62,027 bases of DNA from Litorimonas sp. (lineage in GTDB: Bacteria > Pseudomonadota > Alphaproteobacteria > Caulobacterales > Maricaulaceae): positions 1 to 62,027 of the forward strand of contig JBDVGI010000022.1 in NCBI GenBank assembly GCA_039962885.1, read 5' to 3'. A model generated the notes under the pieces. The model had not been told where the DNA came from, did no database searches, and saw only the letters and a program-made list of their open reading frames with translations. Within the stretch, counting starts at the first letter, position 1, and every line of letters begins with the position of its first letter. Both the position numbers and the translations under genes were made by a program. Shown piece after piece: positions 7,930-17,011 of this stretch.

Positions 7930-9720
7930 ATGCCAATTTATAACGCTCCCATCCGTGACATGAAATTTGTTATGCAGGAAATGCTCGATGTTGAATCTTT
8001 GACTAAATATGAGCAATTTGCTGAAGCTGACACAGATACGCTTGATGCTATTCTTGAACAAAGCGCAAAATTTGCTAGCGAAGTTCTCGCGCCGCTCAAT
8101 GTTGTTGGGGATCATGAAGGCTGTAAGCGCCATGAAGATGGCTCCGTTACAACGCCAACGGGCTTTAAGGAGGCTTATAAGCAAGTTGTTGAAAACGGTA
8201 TGATGGGTTTGTCTGAGTCTCCTGAATTTGGCGGCATGGGTATGCCAAGCCTTTGGAGCACGGCAACTGGTGAAATGCAATCAGCCGCAAATATGGCATT
8301 TGCTATGTATCCAGGCCTGACAGGCGGCGCGGTGAAAGCCATTAAGATTGGCGGCTCACCTGAGCAAAAAGCAACATATTTACCTAAAATGATATCGGGT
8401 GAATGGACGGGGACAATGAACCTTACGGAACCGCATTGCGGAACGGATTTAGGGCTTTTGAAAACCAAAGCTGTTCCCAATGGCGACGGTACTTATAAAA
8501 TTTCAGGTCAGAAAATCTTCATCTCCGCAGGCGAGCATGACATGTCTGAAAATATCATTCATTTGGTGATTGCCCGTATCGACGGCGCGCCCGCAGGCGT
8601 GAAGGGCATTTCGCTATTTATTGTTCCAAAGTTTAAATTGGACGCGGATGAAAACCCTGGTGAGCGTAACCCTGTGACGTGCGGCTCTATTGAAGAAAAA
8701 ATGGGCATTCATGGTAATTCGACATGTGTGATGAATTATGATGAGGCTGAAGGCTATCTTATTGGTGAAGAAAACCGCGGCCTATCCGTTATGTTTGTTA
8801 TGATGAACGAAGCGCGCATGGGCGTTGGCATGCAAGGTCTTGCACAATCTGAAGTCGCCTATCAAAATGCAGCCGTCTATGCCAAAGATCGTCTTCAGGG
8901 CCGCTCGCTAACTGGCGCAAAAAATGAAGGCGGCCCCGCTGATCCGCTAATCGTACATCCTGATGTGCGCCGTATGTTGATGGAAACACGCGCCTTTAAT
9001 GAGGGCGGGCGCGCGTTAATCTATTGGGCGACATTGTTAGAAGACTTAGAGCATCTTCATGAAGATGAAAGCGTGCGGGAAAAATGTGATGACTTACTAG
9101 GTTTGCTCACGCCTGTGATTAAAGGTTATTTGACAGATAAAGCCATGGCAACGACAATCGATTGCCAGCAAATCTTTGGCGGCCACGGCTTCATCGAAGA
9201 ATGGGGCATGAGCCAATTTGTACGCGATACACGGATTGCTTTAATCTATGAAGGCGCAAATGGCGTCCAAGCGCTCGACCTTGTTGGTCGTAAGCTCGCT
9301 CGTAAAGGTGGTCGCGCGTTGATGTCGCTCAATGCTGAGATGGATGAGTTTTTGGCTGAACATAAAGGCAATGATAGTGTTGCTGAATTTATGAGCGGTC
9401 TTGATGAGGCGAAAAAACAGCTCACCGAAGGCACTATGTGGCTCATGCAAAACGGAATGACCAATCCTGATAATGCCGGTGCAGGCTCTGTGGATTACAT
9501 GCACATGATGGGCCTAACAGCATTGGCCTATATGTGGGCGAAGATGGCAGTCGTTGCACAGGCGGCAATTGACGGTGGATCAAATGATGAGTTTTATAAA
9601 AATAAGCTGATTACAGGCCGGTATTTTGTTCTGCGTATGCTTCCACAAATAGGCGCGCATTTAGCGAAAATGAAAACAGGCGCAGAGCCGCTTATGGCGC
9701 TTGATGCAGCCGCGTTTTAA
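7930..9720 (+). CDS. Long acyl-CoA dehydrogenase with C-terminal domain (DmdC/FadE5-like)
   Basis: GTMNLTEPHCGTDLG, KIFISAGEHD, EEKMGIHG, GGHGF..E.GM.Q, IYEGANGVQALDL. Confidence 0.92.
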   Translation: MPIYNAPIRDMKFVMQEMLDVESLTKYEQFAEADTDTLDAILEQSAKFASEVLAPLNVVGDHEGCKRHEDGSVTTPTGFKEAYKQVVENGMMGLSESPEFGGMGMPSLWSTATGEMQSAANMAFAMYPGLTGGAVKAIKIGGSPEQKATYLPKMISGEWTGTMNLTEPHCGTDLGLLKTKAVPNGDGTYKISGQKIFISAGEHDMSENIIHLVIARIDGAPAGVKGISLFIVPKFKLDADENPGERNPVTCGSIEEKMGIHGNSTCVMNYDEAEGYLIGEENRGLSVMFVMMNEARMGVGMQGLAQSEVAYQNAAVYAKDRLQGRSLTGAKNEGGPADPLIVHPDVRRMLMETRAFNEGGRALIYWATLLEDLEHLHEDESVREKCDDLLGLLTPVIKGYLTDKAMATTIDCQQIFGGHGFIEEWGMSQFVRDTRIALIYEGANGVQALDLVGRKLARKGGRALMSLNAEMDEFLAEHKGNDSVAEFMSGLDEAKKQLTEGTMWLMQNGMTNPDNAGAGSVDYMHMMGLTALAYMWAKMAVVAQAAIDGGSNDEFYKNKLITGRYFVLRMLPQIGAHLAKMKTGAEPLMALDAAAF

Positions 9721-9732
9721 AACTAATTATTT

Positions 9733-9764
9733 AAACCCGCGCGTATGTGTGCGGGTTTTGTTTT
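9733..9764 (+). terminator. Intrinsic terminator-like hairpin between the two acyl-CoA dehydrogenases
   Basis: aaacccgcgc-gtat-gtgtgcgggttt followed by tgtttt. Confidence 0.6.
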
Positions 9765-9799
9765 ATTTAAAAGAATAAACTTTTTGGATATATGCATTT

Positions 9800-10957
9800 A
9801 TGCCCGCATTAGATTTTAAAAACCCAGACTGGTATGACGAGGAAGACATCAATATTTTCCGCGAAGCTGTGCATGGGTTTTATGCCCGCGAAATGGCACC
9901 TCATAGTGAGAGCTTTCGCAAGAATAAAATGGTCGATCGCAAGTTCTGGAATATGGCAGGCGAGATGGGTTTGCTAAATTGTGCGATCCCCGAAGAATAT
10001 GGCGGGGGCGGGGGCGATTACCGCCACGAAATGATTGTGATGGAAGAACTTGTCAAAGCCAATGTCGACGGCTTTGGGCTCTCGCTTCATAACGCGATTG
10101 TTGCGCCCTATATCTTGCATTACGGCAGCGAAGAACAAAAGCAAAAGTGGCTCCCAAAAATGGCTAGCGGCGAACTTGTCGGCGCAATTGCTATGAGTGA
10201 GCCAGGAACAGGTTCAGATTTACAAAATGTAAAAACCAATGCCAAAAAAGATGGTAATGGTTGGGTCATTAATGGGTCTAAGACTTTCATCACCAATGGC
10301 GGAACGGCGAATATAATAATCGTTGTGGCCGATACGGGCGGTGAGGGTAAGCACTCTAAATCCTTATTCGTCATTGAAACAGACGGGCTTGAAGGTTTCC
10401 GCCGCGGGCGTATCCTCGATAAGCTTGGTATGGACGCACAGGACACAGCCGAGCTGTTCTTCGATAATATGAAAGTCCCTGCCGATAGCTTGCTTGGCTC
10501 TGAAACGGGTCACGGTTTTATTCAGCTTATGAAAGAGCTCCCGCAAGAACGCCTGAACATTGCTGTGCAAGGGACGGCACAAATGGAAGCTGCGCTGAAT
10601 ATGACAATTGAATATGTCAAAGAACGCCGCGCATTTGGCAAGTCAATTATGTCTTTCCAAAACACACAATTTGAATTGGCGGAATGTAAGACGATTGTAC
10701 AAATCGCTAAGACTTTCACCTATGATTGCGCGGCTAAACACCTTCGTGGAGAGCTAGATACGGTCACGGCGTCTATGGCAAAATATTGGGTGACAGATAA
10801 AGAATGCGAAGTCATTGACCGATGCTTGCAATTGCATGGCGGCTACGGGTTTATGAATGAATACCGCATCTCTCGTATGTACCGCGATAGCCGCGTGCAG
10901 AAAATATATGGCGGCACAAATGAGATCATGAAAATGGTTATTGCGCGATCACTCTAA
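9800..10957 (+). CDS. Acyl-CoA dehydrogenase (long-chain type)
   Basis: AMSEPGTGSDL, GSKTFITNG, LQLHGGYG, IYGGTNEIMK. Confidence 0.93.
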   Translation: MPALDFKNPDWYDEEDINIFREAVHGFYAREMAPHSESFRKNKMVDRKFWNMAGEMGLLNCAIPEEYGGGGGDYRHEMIVMEELVKANVDGFGLSLHNAIVAPYILHYGSEEQKQKWLPKMASGELVGAIAMSEPGTGSDLQNVKTNAKKDGNGWVINGSKTFITNGGTANIIIVVADTGGEGKHSKSLFVIETDGLEGFRRGRILDKLGMDAQDTAELFFDNMKVPADSLLGSETGHGFIQLMKELPQERLNIAVQGTAQMEAALNMTIEYVKERRAFGKSIMSFQNTQFELAECKTIVQIAKTFTYDCAAKHLRGELDTVTASMAKYWVTDKECEVIDRCLQLHGGYGFMNEYRISRMYRDSRVQKIYGGTNEIMKMVIARSL

Positions 10958-10966
10958 GGATATAAA

Positions 10967-11668
10967 ATGACAGACCTTGTAACCTACACGCTGGCTAATG
11001 GCGTTGCCACAATCGCTATGGATGACGGGAAGGCCAATGTGCTCTCGACCGACATGATTGCGCAACTTAACGCGGCTTTTGATAAGGCCGAAGCGGATAA
11101 GGCTATTGTCATTCTGACGGGGCGCGAGGGTATGTTTTCTGGCGGGTTTAACCTTAAAGAAATGCAGGCCGGACCCAATGAAGCTATGGCACTCACATCT
11201 AAAGGCTCAAAACTCGCGCGCAGAATTTTAGCCTTTCCGAGGCCCGTTATTGCGCTGTCTACAGGACACACCATTGCGATGGGCGCGTTTTTAATGCTTG
11301 CCTGTGATTACCGTATGATCGAGGACGGGGATTATAAAATCGGTCTTAATGAGACGATGATTGGCATGACCATGCATAATTTTGGCATAGAGCTAGCTCG
11401 TTATCGTCTGCCGAAACATTACTTTAACCGCTGCGTTTTTAATGCAGAAATTTTCAACCCTAAAGGCGCCATGTATGCAGGATTCTTTGACCGCGTCGTC
11501 CCTGCTGAACAAATGGCTATGGCGGGGCCAATGGCAGGACAGATGTTTGGGCAGTTAAATGCAGATGCGTTTAGAAACACTAAATTACGCGCACGCAAGG
11601 CAGATTTTGCTGTCCTAGATCAAGCCATAGAAGATGACCTTGACCCTATGAAAATTCACGCGGTTTAA
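10967..11668 (+). CDS. Crotonase/enoyl-CoA hydratase family protein
   Basis: MDDGKANVL, FSGGFNL, GHTIAMGAFL, IGLNE. Confidence 0.9.
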   Translation: MTDLVTYTLANGVATIAMDDGKANVLSTDMIAQLNAAFDKAEADKAIVILTGREGMFSGGFNLKEMQAGPNEAMALTSKGSKLARRILAFPRPVIALSTGHTIAMGAFLMLACDYRMIEDGDYKIGLNETMIGMTMHNFGIELARYRLPKHYFNRCVFNAEIFNPKGAMYAGFFDRVVPAEQMAMAGPMAGQMFGQLNADAFRNTKLRARKADFAVLDQAIEDDLDPMKIHAV

Positions 11669-11680
11669 CTGGTTCATTCA

Positions 11681-12580
11681 GTGAGCGCTTACCCAGAGCC
11701 AATCCGCCGTGATTATGCTATGGCTGATGGCACAATGTCAGCTATTCATTTTGGCCGCGTCCAGAACCCGCTTAAGGTCGTATTTTTACATGCCAACGGG
11801 TTTAACGGCTATGTCTATAAAGATATATTTGAAGCCCTTGGCGTGCATGCCTTGGCGCTAGATCTGCGCGGGCACGGCTTCACACATTTGCCGAAAAATA
11901 TCGACAGGCTAACGAATTTTTATATCTTCAGAGATGATGTGGTCGAGTTTTTTAACCGCCATATTGATCGCCCTGTTGTTTTAGGCGGACATAGCCTTGG
12001 CGCAGTTTCAGGCATATTAGCGGCGCCGAAAATTCAAGATAAGCTGAATGGCTATGTCGGTTTTGACCCTGTTAGTTTACCAGGGTCGGCTCGGCTTTTG
12101 CTGAGTGTTCCGGGCGGACGTTCTTATGCAAAAAAACATTTTGCGCTTGCGAGAAATGCAGGCCGTAGAAAATCGGCATTTGAATCCCATGATGAGGCAT
12201 TTGCGCGCTATAAAAATCGCGGCGCGTTTCAGGGTGTTCCTGACCAAATTCTACGGGATTATTTAACGGGCGGCTTGGCGCTTGGGAATGATGGAGCATA
12301 TCATTTATGCTGCGATCCGTCATGGGAGCAAGCCGTTTTTGTCGCGCAAAACCATAACCTCTATAAAGCGGTTCATGCGCTGCCTGACAATTCACATATA
12401 ATATATGCAGGCAAATTTAACGCCGTGAGCACAGCAAGAACGCGCGGGGTTGTTCAGAAAAATCAACCCAATATGACTGTAAGTTTTGATAAAGACCTTG
12501 AACACTTGTTCCCGCTACAAGAGCCTAATTTAGCCGCGCAAATTTTACAGGGAACTTTAGCCCAAGCGAGTTATAAATGA
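11681..12580 (+). CDS. Alpha/beta hydrolase
   Basis: FLHANGF, DLRGHG, GHSLG, HLFPL. Confidence 0.85.
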   Translation: MSAYPEPIRRDYAMADGTMSAIHFGRVQNPLKVVFLHANGFNGYVYKDIFEALGVHALALDLRGHGFTHLPKNIDRLTNFYIFRDDVVEFFNRHIDRPVVLGGHSLGAVSGILAAPKIQDKLNGYVGFDPVSLPGSARLLLSVPGGRSYAKKHFALARNAGRRKSAFESHDEAFARYKNRGAFQGVPDQILRDYLTGGLALGNDGAYHLCCDPSWEQAVFVAQNHNLYKAVHALPDNSHIIYAGKFNAVSTARTRGVVQKNQPNMTVSFDKDLEHLFPLQEPNLAAQILQGTLAQASYK

Positions 12581-12589
12581 TTGGCTAAA

Positions 12590-13540
12590 TTACGGCGTAA
12601 GGTCTTCGCGGATAAAAGGCTGCAAGACTGCGAGCTGTGCCTCATTGGCTTTTGTGAGTTTACGATCTTTTAAATTAAATAAGCATCCATTCACCACAGA
12701 GCTGGACAGACACTCACCTGTAACGGCATCATTAAAGTTATGCAAAAATGTGCGTGTATAGCTGTTCGCGGCTAAGATGGCTGATCGATATTCGTAAGCA
12801 TCGCCTTGGCAAGGGTCTTTATGAAATACAATGTAAATCTCTAATACCGCGGCTGACCCATGCCCTGCTTGATAGCTAGCGTCAAATAGTTCTGGCCAAC
12901 CATGAGAGAACCACCCTGCAGTGGATGTAGAGCGACCAAAGACAGCTTCGGGGGTCGCAAACCCTGCGGCATTCATTTCCGCAGCCGTAAACACACCTGC
13001 CCCTAACGGAGCAAGACCGAGAGTGTCAAATGTGCTGCTATTATGACCTATATGCGGGGTTTGGATATCTATATTTCGGGACATAGCAGGCTGCGGCGGG
13101 CTATCAGGACAGCTTGCAGATACAGAGATGGCATTTTTAAGAAGGCGTTTGGGCCAAGCAAAAGTTTTGTAATTACGAAGGTAAATATGCTCTATTGTTT
13201 CGACTTGTGTGGCCGCGATACGGTCATCAGTATGATACATGATATGGCACAAGGTGATGGTTTGATCTTGCACAGATAAAACGGCGCTCATGATCTTTAA
13301 GGGATCGCCTGGCCGAGCTTCACCAAGGTATTTAATGTGTAGGTTTTTAACGCGCACAGAACTTTGCGCGTGAGGTTTAAAGGCATTCACAAGGCCAAGT
13401 TTGATAAATATGAATTGCCGAGCCTGAGAGAATTTGTTGACATAATGGCGCATATTTAAATGACCGAGTTCATCACATTCCCAAGCGCAACACTCCCCTG
13501 CCCATGTCAGGATAAATCCATCATTTGCAATGTTTGCCAT
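12590..13540 (-). CDS. Double hot-dog thioesterase family protein
   Basis: WECDELGHLNMRHY 4HBT-like motif. Start moved to the ATG at 13540. Confidence 0.75.
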   Translation of the reverse strand: MANIANDGFILTWAGECCAWECDELGHLNMRHYVNKFSQARQFIFIKLGLVNAFKPHAQSSVRVKNLHIKYLGEARPGDPLKIMSAVLSVQDQTITLCHIMYHTDDRIAATQVETIEHIYLRNYKTFAWPKRLLKNAISVSASCPDSPPQPAMSRNIDIQTPHIGHNSSTFDTLGLAPLGAGVFTAAEMNAAGFATPEAVFGRSTSTAGWFSHGWPELFDASYQAGHGSAAVLEIYIVFHKDPCQGDAYEYRSAILAANSYTRTFLHNFNDAVTGECLSSSVVNGCLFNLKDRKLTKANEAQLAVLQPFIREDLTP

Positions 13541-13554
13541 ATATTCGCTTAAGA

Positions 13555-13998
13555 TTAAGCCGCGCAGGACGCGCATGTTCCGTAATGCTCGACTATGCTG
13601 TGTTTAATTGCGAAGCCGTCAGGTTTGCAATTTGCGTGATCATGGGCATGGCGTTCTTCAACTGTACGGCAAGTCTCGCAGATAAAAAATTCAGCGAGAT
13701 GGCCATCATGCGAATGGTCACAGGTAATAAAGGCATTGAGGGCTTCGATACGGTGTATTAATCCCATTTTAGATAAAAAATCTAATGCGCGATAAACTGT
13801 CGGTGGTTTGGGGCTGCCAAGTTCTGGTTTCAGGCGAGCAAGCAAATCATAGGCTTTAACTGCGCCGCCATCTTGCATGATAAGTTCAAACACATGAGCC
13901 CGTAGAGGTGTAAAGCGCTCACCCGCGTCTCGGCATAGTTGGGCGGCGGTTTCAAGACGTAAATTAGCGTCTATGTGAGTGTTGGCCATCATATCCAT
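13555..13998 (-). CDS. zur: Fur-family regulator, Zur-like
   Basis: RFTPLR..V, AYDLL, PPTVYRALDFL, IHRIE, ICETC and GTCASC zinc motifs. Confidence 0.8.
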   Translation of the reverse strand: MDMMANTHIDANLRLETAAQLCRDAGERFTPLRAHVFELIMQDGGAVKAYDLLARLKPELGSPKPPTVYRALDFLSKMGLIHRIEALNAFITCDHSHDGHLAEFFICETCRTVEERHAHDHANCKPDGFAIKHSIVEHYGTCASCAA

Positions 13999-14388
13999 AA
14001 CATACCTTAACTTGCTTCTGCCCAAACGCCTAGAGGTAATTGCATGGGTAAATTTGGTTTTATAGTTTTAATGTTTTACCTTAATTTTTCAAATTACACC
14101 AAATTTGTATTTAAGAAAACGTCAATCGAGATAATTATTATCTGTCATGAAGCTTAGTAATGTTCATAAATTTTCTCCAATTAAAGCGTAGATAATTTAT
14201 AAATTACGGGATAGATGCAAACTTATTCGCTTATGAATTTGTGAATTAAATTCTCGATAATTGCCGAAATTAGACTATGAATTATTTAACTTGCCGTTCT
14301 GTTCCGCGCCAAAATGACGGGCTTTAATTATATAAGCTATTGTTTCTATATGTGTATTTGGAATAAATATTTTTATTTCGATTCCGAC

Positions 14389-14417
14389 TTGACGTAAACT
14401 TTTTGTTAATCTATCAA
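14389..14417 (+). promoter_or_regulatory. Candidate sigma70-type promoter for the csgFG operon
   Basis: TTGACG-N17-TATCAA, preceded by ~350 bp of very AT-rich DNA. Confidence 0.4.
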
Positions 14418-14424
14418 GCTGTGA

Positions 14425-14676
14425 AGAATTGGGGGCGTACCAATCTTTACATTGTCGCTATTAAGCGTTTGCAGAGGATAGATGTATCTATCGGTCTGTC
14501 GCATGATTCTATCTATTTTAGTAAATAGGTAATCGTGATTGTAAGGATAGATGTGCCTGAAGTTCGAATGAACCGCGTGTTCAATTAGGTGTATTTATGT
14601 GCGCTAAGGGGCTCGCATAATCAAATTACGTGAACGTAGCTGTATATCTACGGAGCATGTAAGGAGAGAGGCGCAA
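14425..14676 (+). ncRNA. Candidate highly structured 5' leader of csgF
   Basis: Contiguous stems found by eye: 14428-44 hairpin, a four-way junction closed by 14443-51/14540-48, 14549-60/14585-96, 14595-620, 14626-39 and 14640-53. Many G-U pairs. Confidence 0.5.
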
Positions 14677-15315
14677 ATGAAAAGAAGACTATTAACACTT
14701 ATGTTGCCGATAGGCGCAGCTGTGACGGCTTTAGGATTTTCTATCCCCTCTGCCGCCCAAGATTTAGTGTACACACCGATCAATCCTTCATTTGGCGGCA
14801 ATCCTTTTAATTCGGCACATCTCTTGGCGATTGCTAATGCGCAAAATGATTTTGAACCAGAGAGTGATGAGGACAGCACGCAGTCAGACCTTGATCGCTT
14901 TATTCGGTCTTTACAAAGCCGGCTTCTATCGTCGCTCTCCACGCAAGTCGCCAATGCCATATTCGGCGAAGATGCGCAGGATGAAGGTACGATTGTTTTT
15001 GGCGATCAAACAATTTCTTTTGTTCGTGGTCTTGACGGGATTGAACTGACCATCACCGAGGGAGATGGCTCCCAAACGGTTATTACGGTTCCAACCTTTA
15101 CATCTACAGCAGGCGCAGTGACCGATACTTCGGCGCAACCCAGCACATCTGTTCAGCCGCTTACAGCCCCAGCTACGGCGACAGCTCCGAGTTCGTCGGT
15201 AACAGCATTTGGGCTTCCATCGACAGCAAGCCCGCAGGTTAATCAGACAACAGGATCAACATCTTTATTATCGCTACCGCCATTATCTCAGGGTTTCGGT
15301 CAACCGATTCAATAA
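14677..15315 (+). CDS. csgF: Curli assembly protein CsgF with S/T/P-rich C-terminal extension
   Basis: Signal peptide, then LVYTPINPSFGGNPFN..LL..ANAQN (CsgF signature). AAGGAG RBS. Confidence 0.92.
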   Translation: MKRRLLTLMLPIGAAVTALGFSIPSAAQDLVYTPINPSFGGNPFNSAHLLAIANAQNDFEPESDEDSTQSDLDRFIRSLQSRLLSSLSTQVANAIFGEDAQDEGTIVFGDQTISFVRGLDGIELTITEGDGSQTVITVPTFTSTAGAVTDTSAQPSTSVQPLTAPATATAPSSSVTAFGLPSTASPQVNQTTGSTSLLSLPPLSQGFGQPIQ

Positions 15316-15362
15316 GGCAGCGATTAATATCCATCAATTGCACACATTAACGGAGTGCTATT

Positions 15363-16463
15363 TTGTTAAACAAAGTATTTAAATATAGGCGGCGCAAAAT
15401 CGTCAATTGGCTAATGGCAAGCAGCTGTGCAGTTATGATGAGCGCTTGCACGACTGTTCCAGCTTCACATGATTTTTTGACAAGTGAAGCAAAGGTGACG
15501 AAAATTACGAAGACACAATTGGCTTTAAAGGCTTTGTCGCCACCAGAAAATAAGGTGACCGTGGCGGTTTATAATTTCGAAGATAAAACAGGGCAATTTA
15601 GACCGTCAGAAACAGGTCAAACATTATCACGTGCAGTCAGTCAGGGCGGGGATGAAGTTCTTATCAAAGCGTTGCAAGATACCGGAAACCGAAGTTGGTT
15701 CACGGTAATTGAACGCTCTAATTTGAATAATTTGTTAAAAGAGCGTCAAATCATAACAGAGATGCGAGCTAGATATTTAGGCGAGACAAAACTTAATTCT
15801 AAAGCTCTGCCGCCGCTTTTATTTGCGGGTGTTATTTTTGAAGGCGGTATTGTTGGTTTTGATACAAATACGCTGACAGGTGGTGTGGCTGCGCGCTATC
15901 TTGGCATTGGCGGACAGACTGATTATCGCCAAAGTGTTGTCACCGTGCATCTGCGTGCGGTGAGTGTGAAAACAGGCGAAGTTTTAACGTCTGTCACAAC
16001 GGAAAAAACAATTTCATCTGTTGGCATAGCTGCCAATGCTTTCCGTTTTGTGACGTTTGATAATTTATTAGAGGCAGATGCGGGTGTGACATCCAATGAA
16101 CCGGGTTTACTTGCGCTGCGCCAAGCGGTTGAAAAATCTGTCTACGCGCTTGTCATGGAAGGGTCTGAGATTGGGCTGTGGAATTTCTTTGATAAAGCTG
16201 AAGGATATGCTCTGTTACAAGATTATAAATACGAGCGCGATGGAGTTCGGTTAAAAACAAAGCCGAACCCAAAGCTTGCGCAGGCAAAACCTGCTGGCCT
16301 TAAGGCAGCGGATCAGACCTATAAAAATTCTGTTCAAACATCAATTACAACAGAAGACACGCCGCAAATTAACGGTAATCAAATAAAAGAACCCGCCTCT
16401 AAACAGGCGCAGTTTCAGGGAGCGCCGGATCAAAATATTACCGGTGTGAAACCTGTAAATTAA
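15363..16463 (+). CDS. csgG: Curli secretion channel lipoprotein CsgG
   Basis: Lipobox MSAC, VAVYNFEDKTGQF, SRAVSQG, WFTVIERSNLNNLLKERQII, GGIVGFDTN..GG.AARYLGIG, NEP. Confidence 0.95.
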   Translation: MLNKVFKYRRRKIVNWLMASSCAVMMSACTTVPASHDFLTSEAKVTKITKTQLALKALSPPENKVTVAVYNFEDKTGQFRPSETGQTLSRAVSQGGDEVLIKALQDTGNRSWFTVIERSNLNNLLKERQIITEMRARYLGETKLNSKALPPLLFAGVIFEGGIVGFDTNTLTGGVAARYLGIGGQTDYRQSVVTVHLRAVSVKTGEVLTSVTTEKTISSVGIAANAFRFVTFDNLLEADAGVTSNEPGLLALRQAVEKSVYALVMEGSEIGLWNFFDKAEGYALLQDYKYERDGVRLKTKPNPKLAQAKPAGLKAADQTYKNSVQTSITTEDTPQINGNQIKEPASKQAQFQGAPDQNITGVKPVN

Positions 16464-16464
16464 T

Positions 16465-16800
16465 CACAGACACGTCCTTAGAGACGATGCTGTAATAAGA
16501 GCTCTCAACGCCATCTGGCGATGAGAAAATGGCAGTCACGCATCACGGCAGGTAAATGTTTTGCTATGTTATGAAAGTGGCGGCTTTCGCAGATTAAGAC
16601 CGAATGGCAGTTCGATCTTATCTGTCTTGAAGACAACGGTAATATACCGGGAGACATGGATGCTCATTGGACAACACATGACACGGTGGTACAGACCACC
16701 TGCGAAACCCGCCATATTTGTGTTATCACAAATATACAGGGCTTCACAGACCTATTTACATAGGACTACAGCTGGATTGATCTCTAGCTTTGTAACCCAA
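16465..16800 (+). ncRNA. Candidate large structured RNA in the csgG-curlin spacer
   Basis: 16-bp long-range stem 16577-92/16700-15 (one mismatch) enclosing 4-5 hairpins, flanked by further hairpins. Confidence 0.5.
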
Positions 16801-16869
16801 ATTCTATCCATATTTTTCGTAAACATTAACCAGTGTCTCGACTTAACCGTCAACCCTTAAGCTTGAAGT

Positions 16870-17011
16870 TTAGGTTTGGTGGGGCGTTATCAATAGAGTT
16901 TCGCGTGAAAATATTAGCGCGAAATTTCGATGATTAAAATCTGAACTACGCTTCCGTGGGAGCGTTGTTTTAACGAAACTATTAAAATGAGCAAAGCTCT
17001 TGGAGACAAAT
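16870..17011 (+). ncRNA. Candidate structured leader of the first curlin gene
   Basis: Hairpins at 16876-93, 16896-927, 16944-69 and 16989-99, then GGAGA RBS and ATG 17012. Confidence 0.45.

Noticed and set aside
14443-14548. Cloverleaf fold as a tRNA
   Set aside because: No T-loop TTC motif, D-loop GG, or 7-nt anticodon loop geometry.
16534-16585. c-di-GMP-I riboswitch-like words (gtcacgca..ggtaaa..gaaag)
   Set aside because: Lacks the GACGCAAAG segment and P2 tetraloop receptor, so the resemblance is superficial. Needs cmscan to exclude fully.
16561-16860. 99-aa ORF between csgG and curlin as csgH/csgE
   Set aside because: TTG start without RBS, no signal peptide, no resemblance to Csg proteins. 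The region is better explained by RNA structure.
16826-16860. CtrA box upstream of the curlin
   Set aside because: Only TTAACC half-sites, without the N7 spacing.
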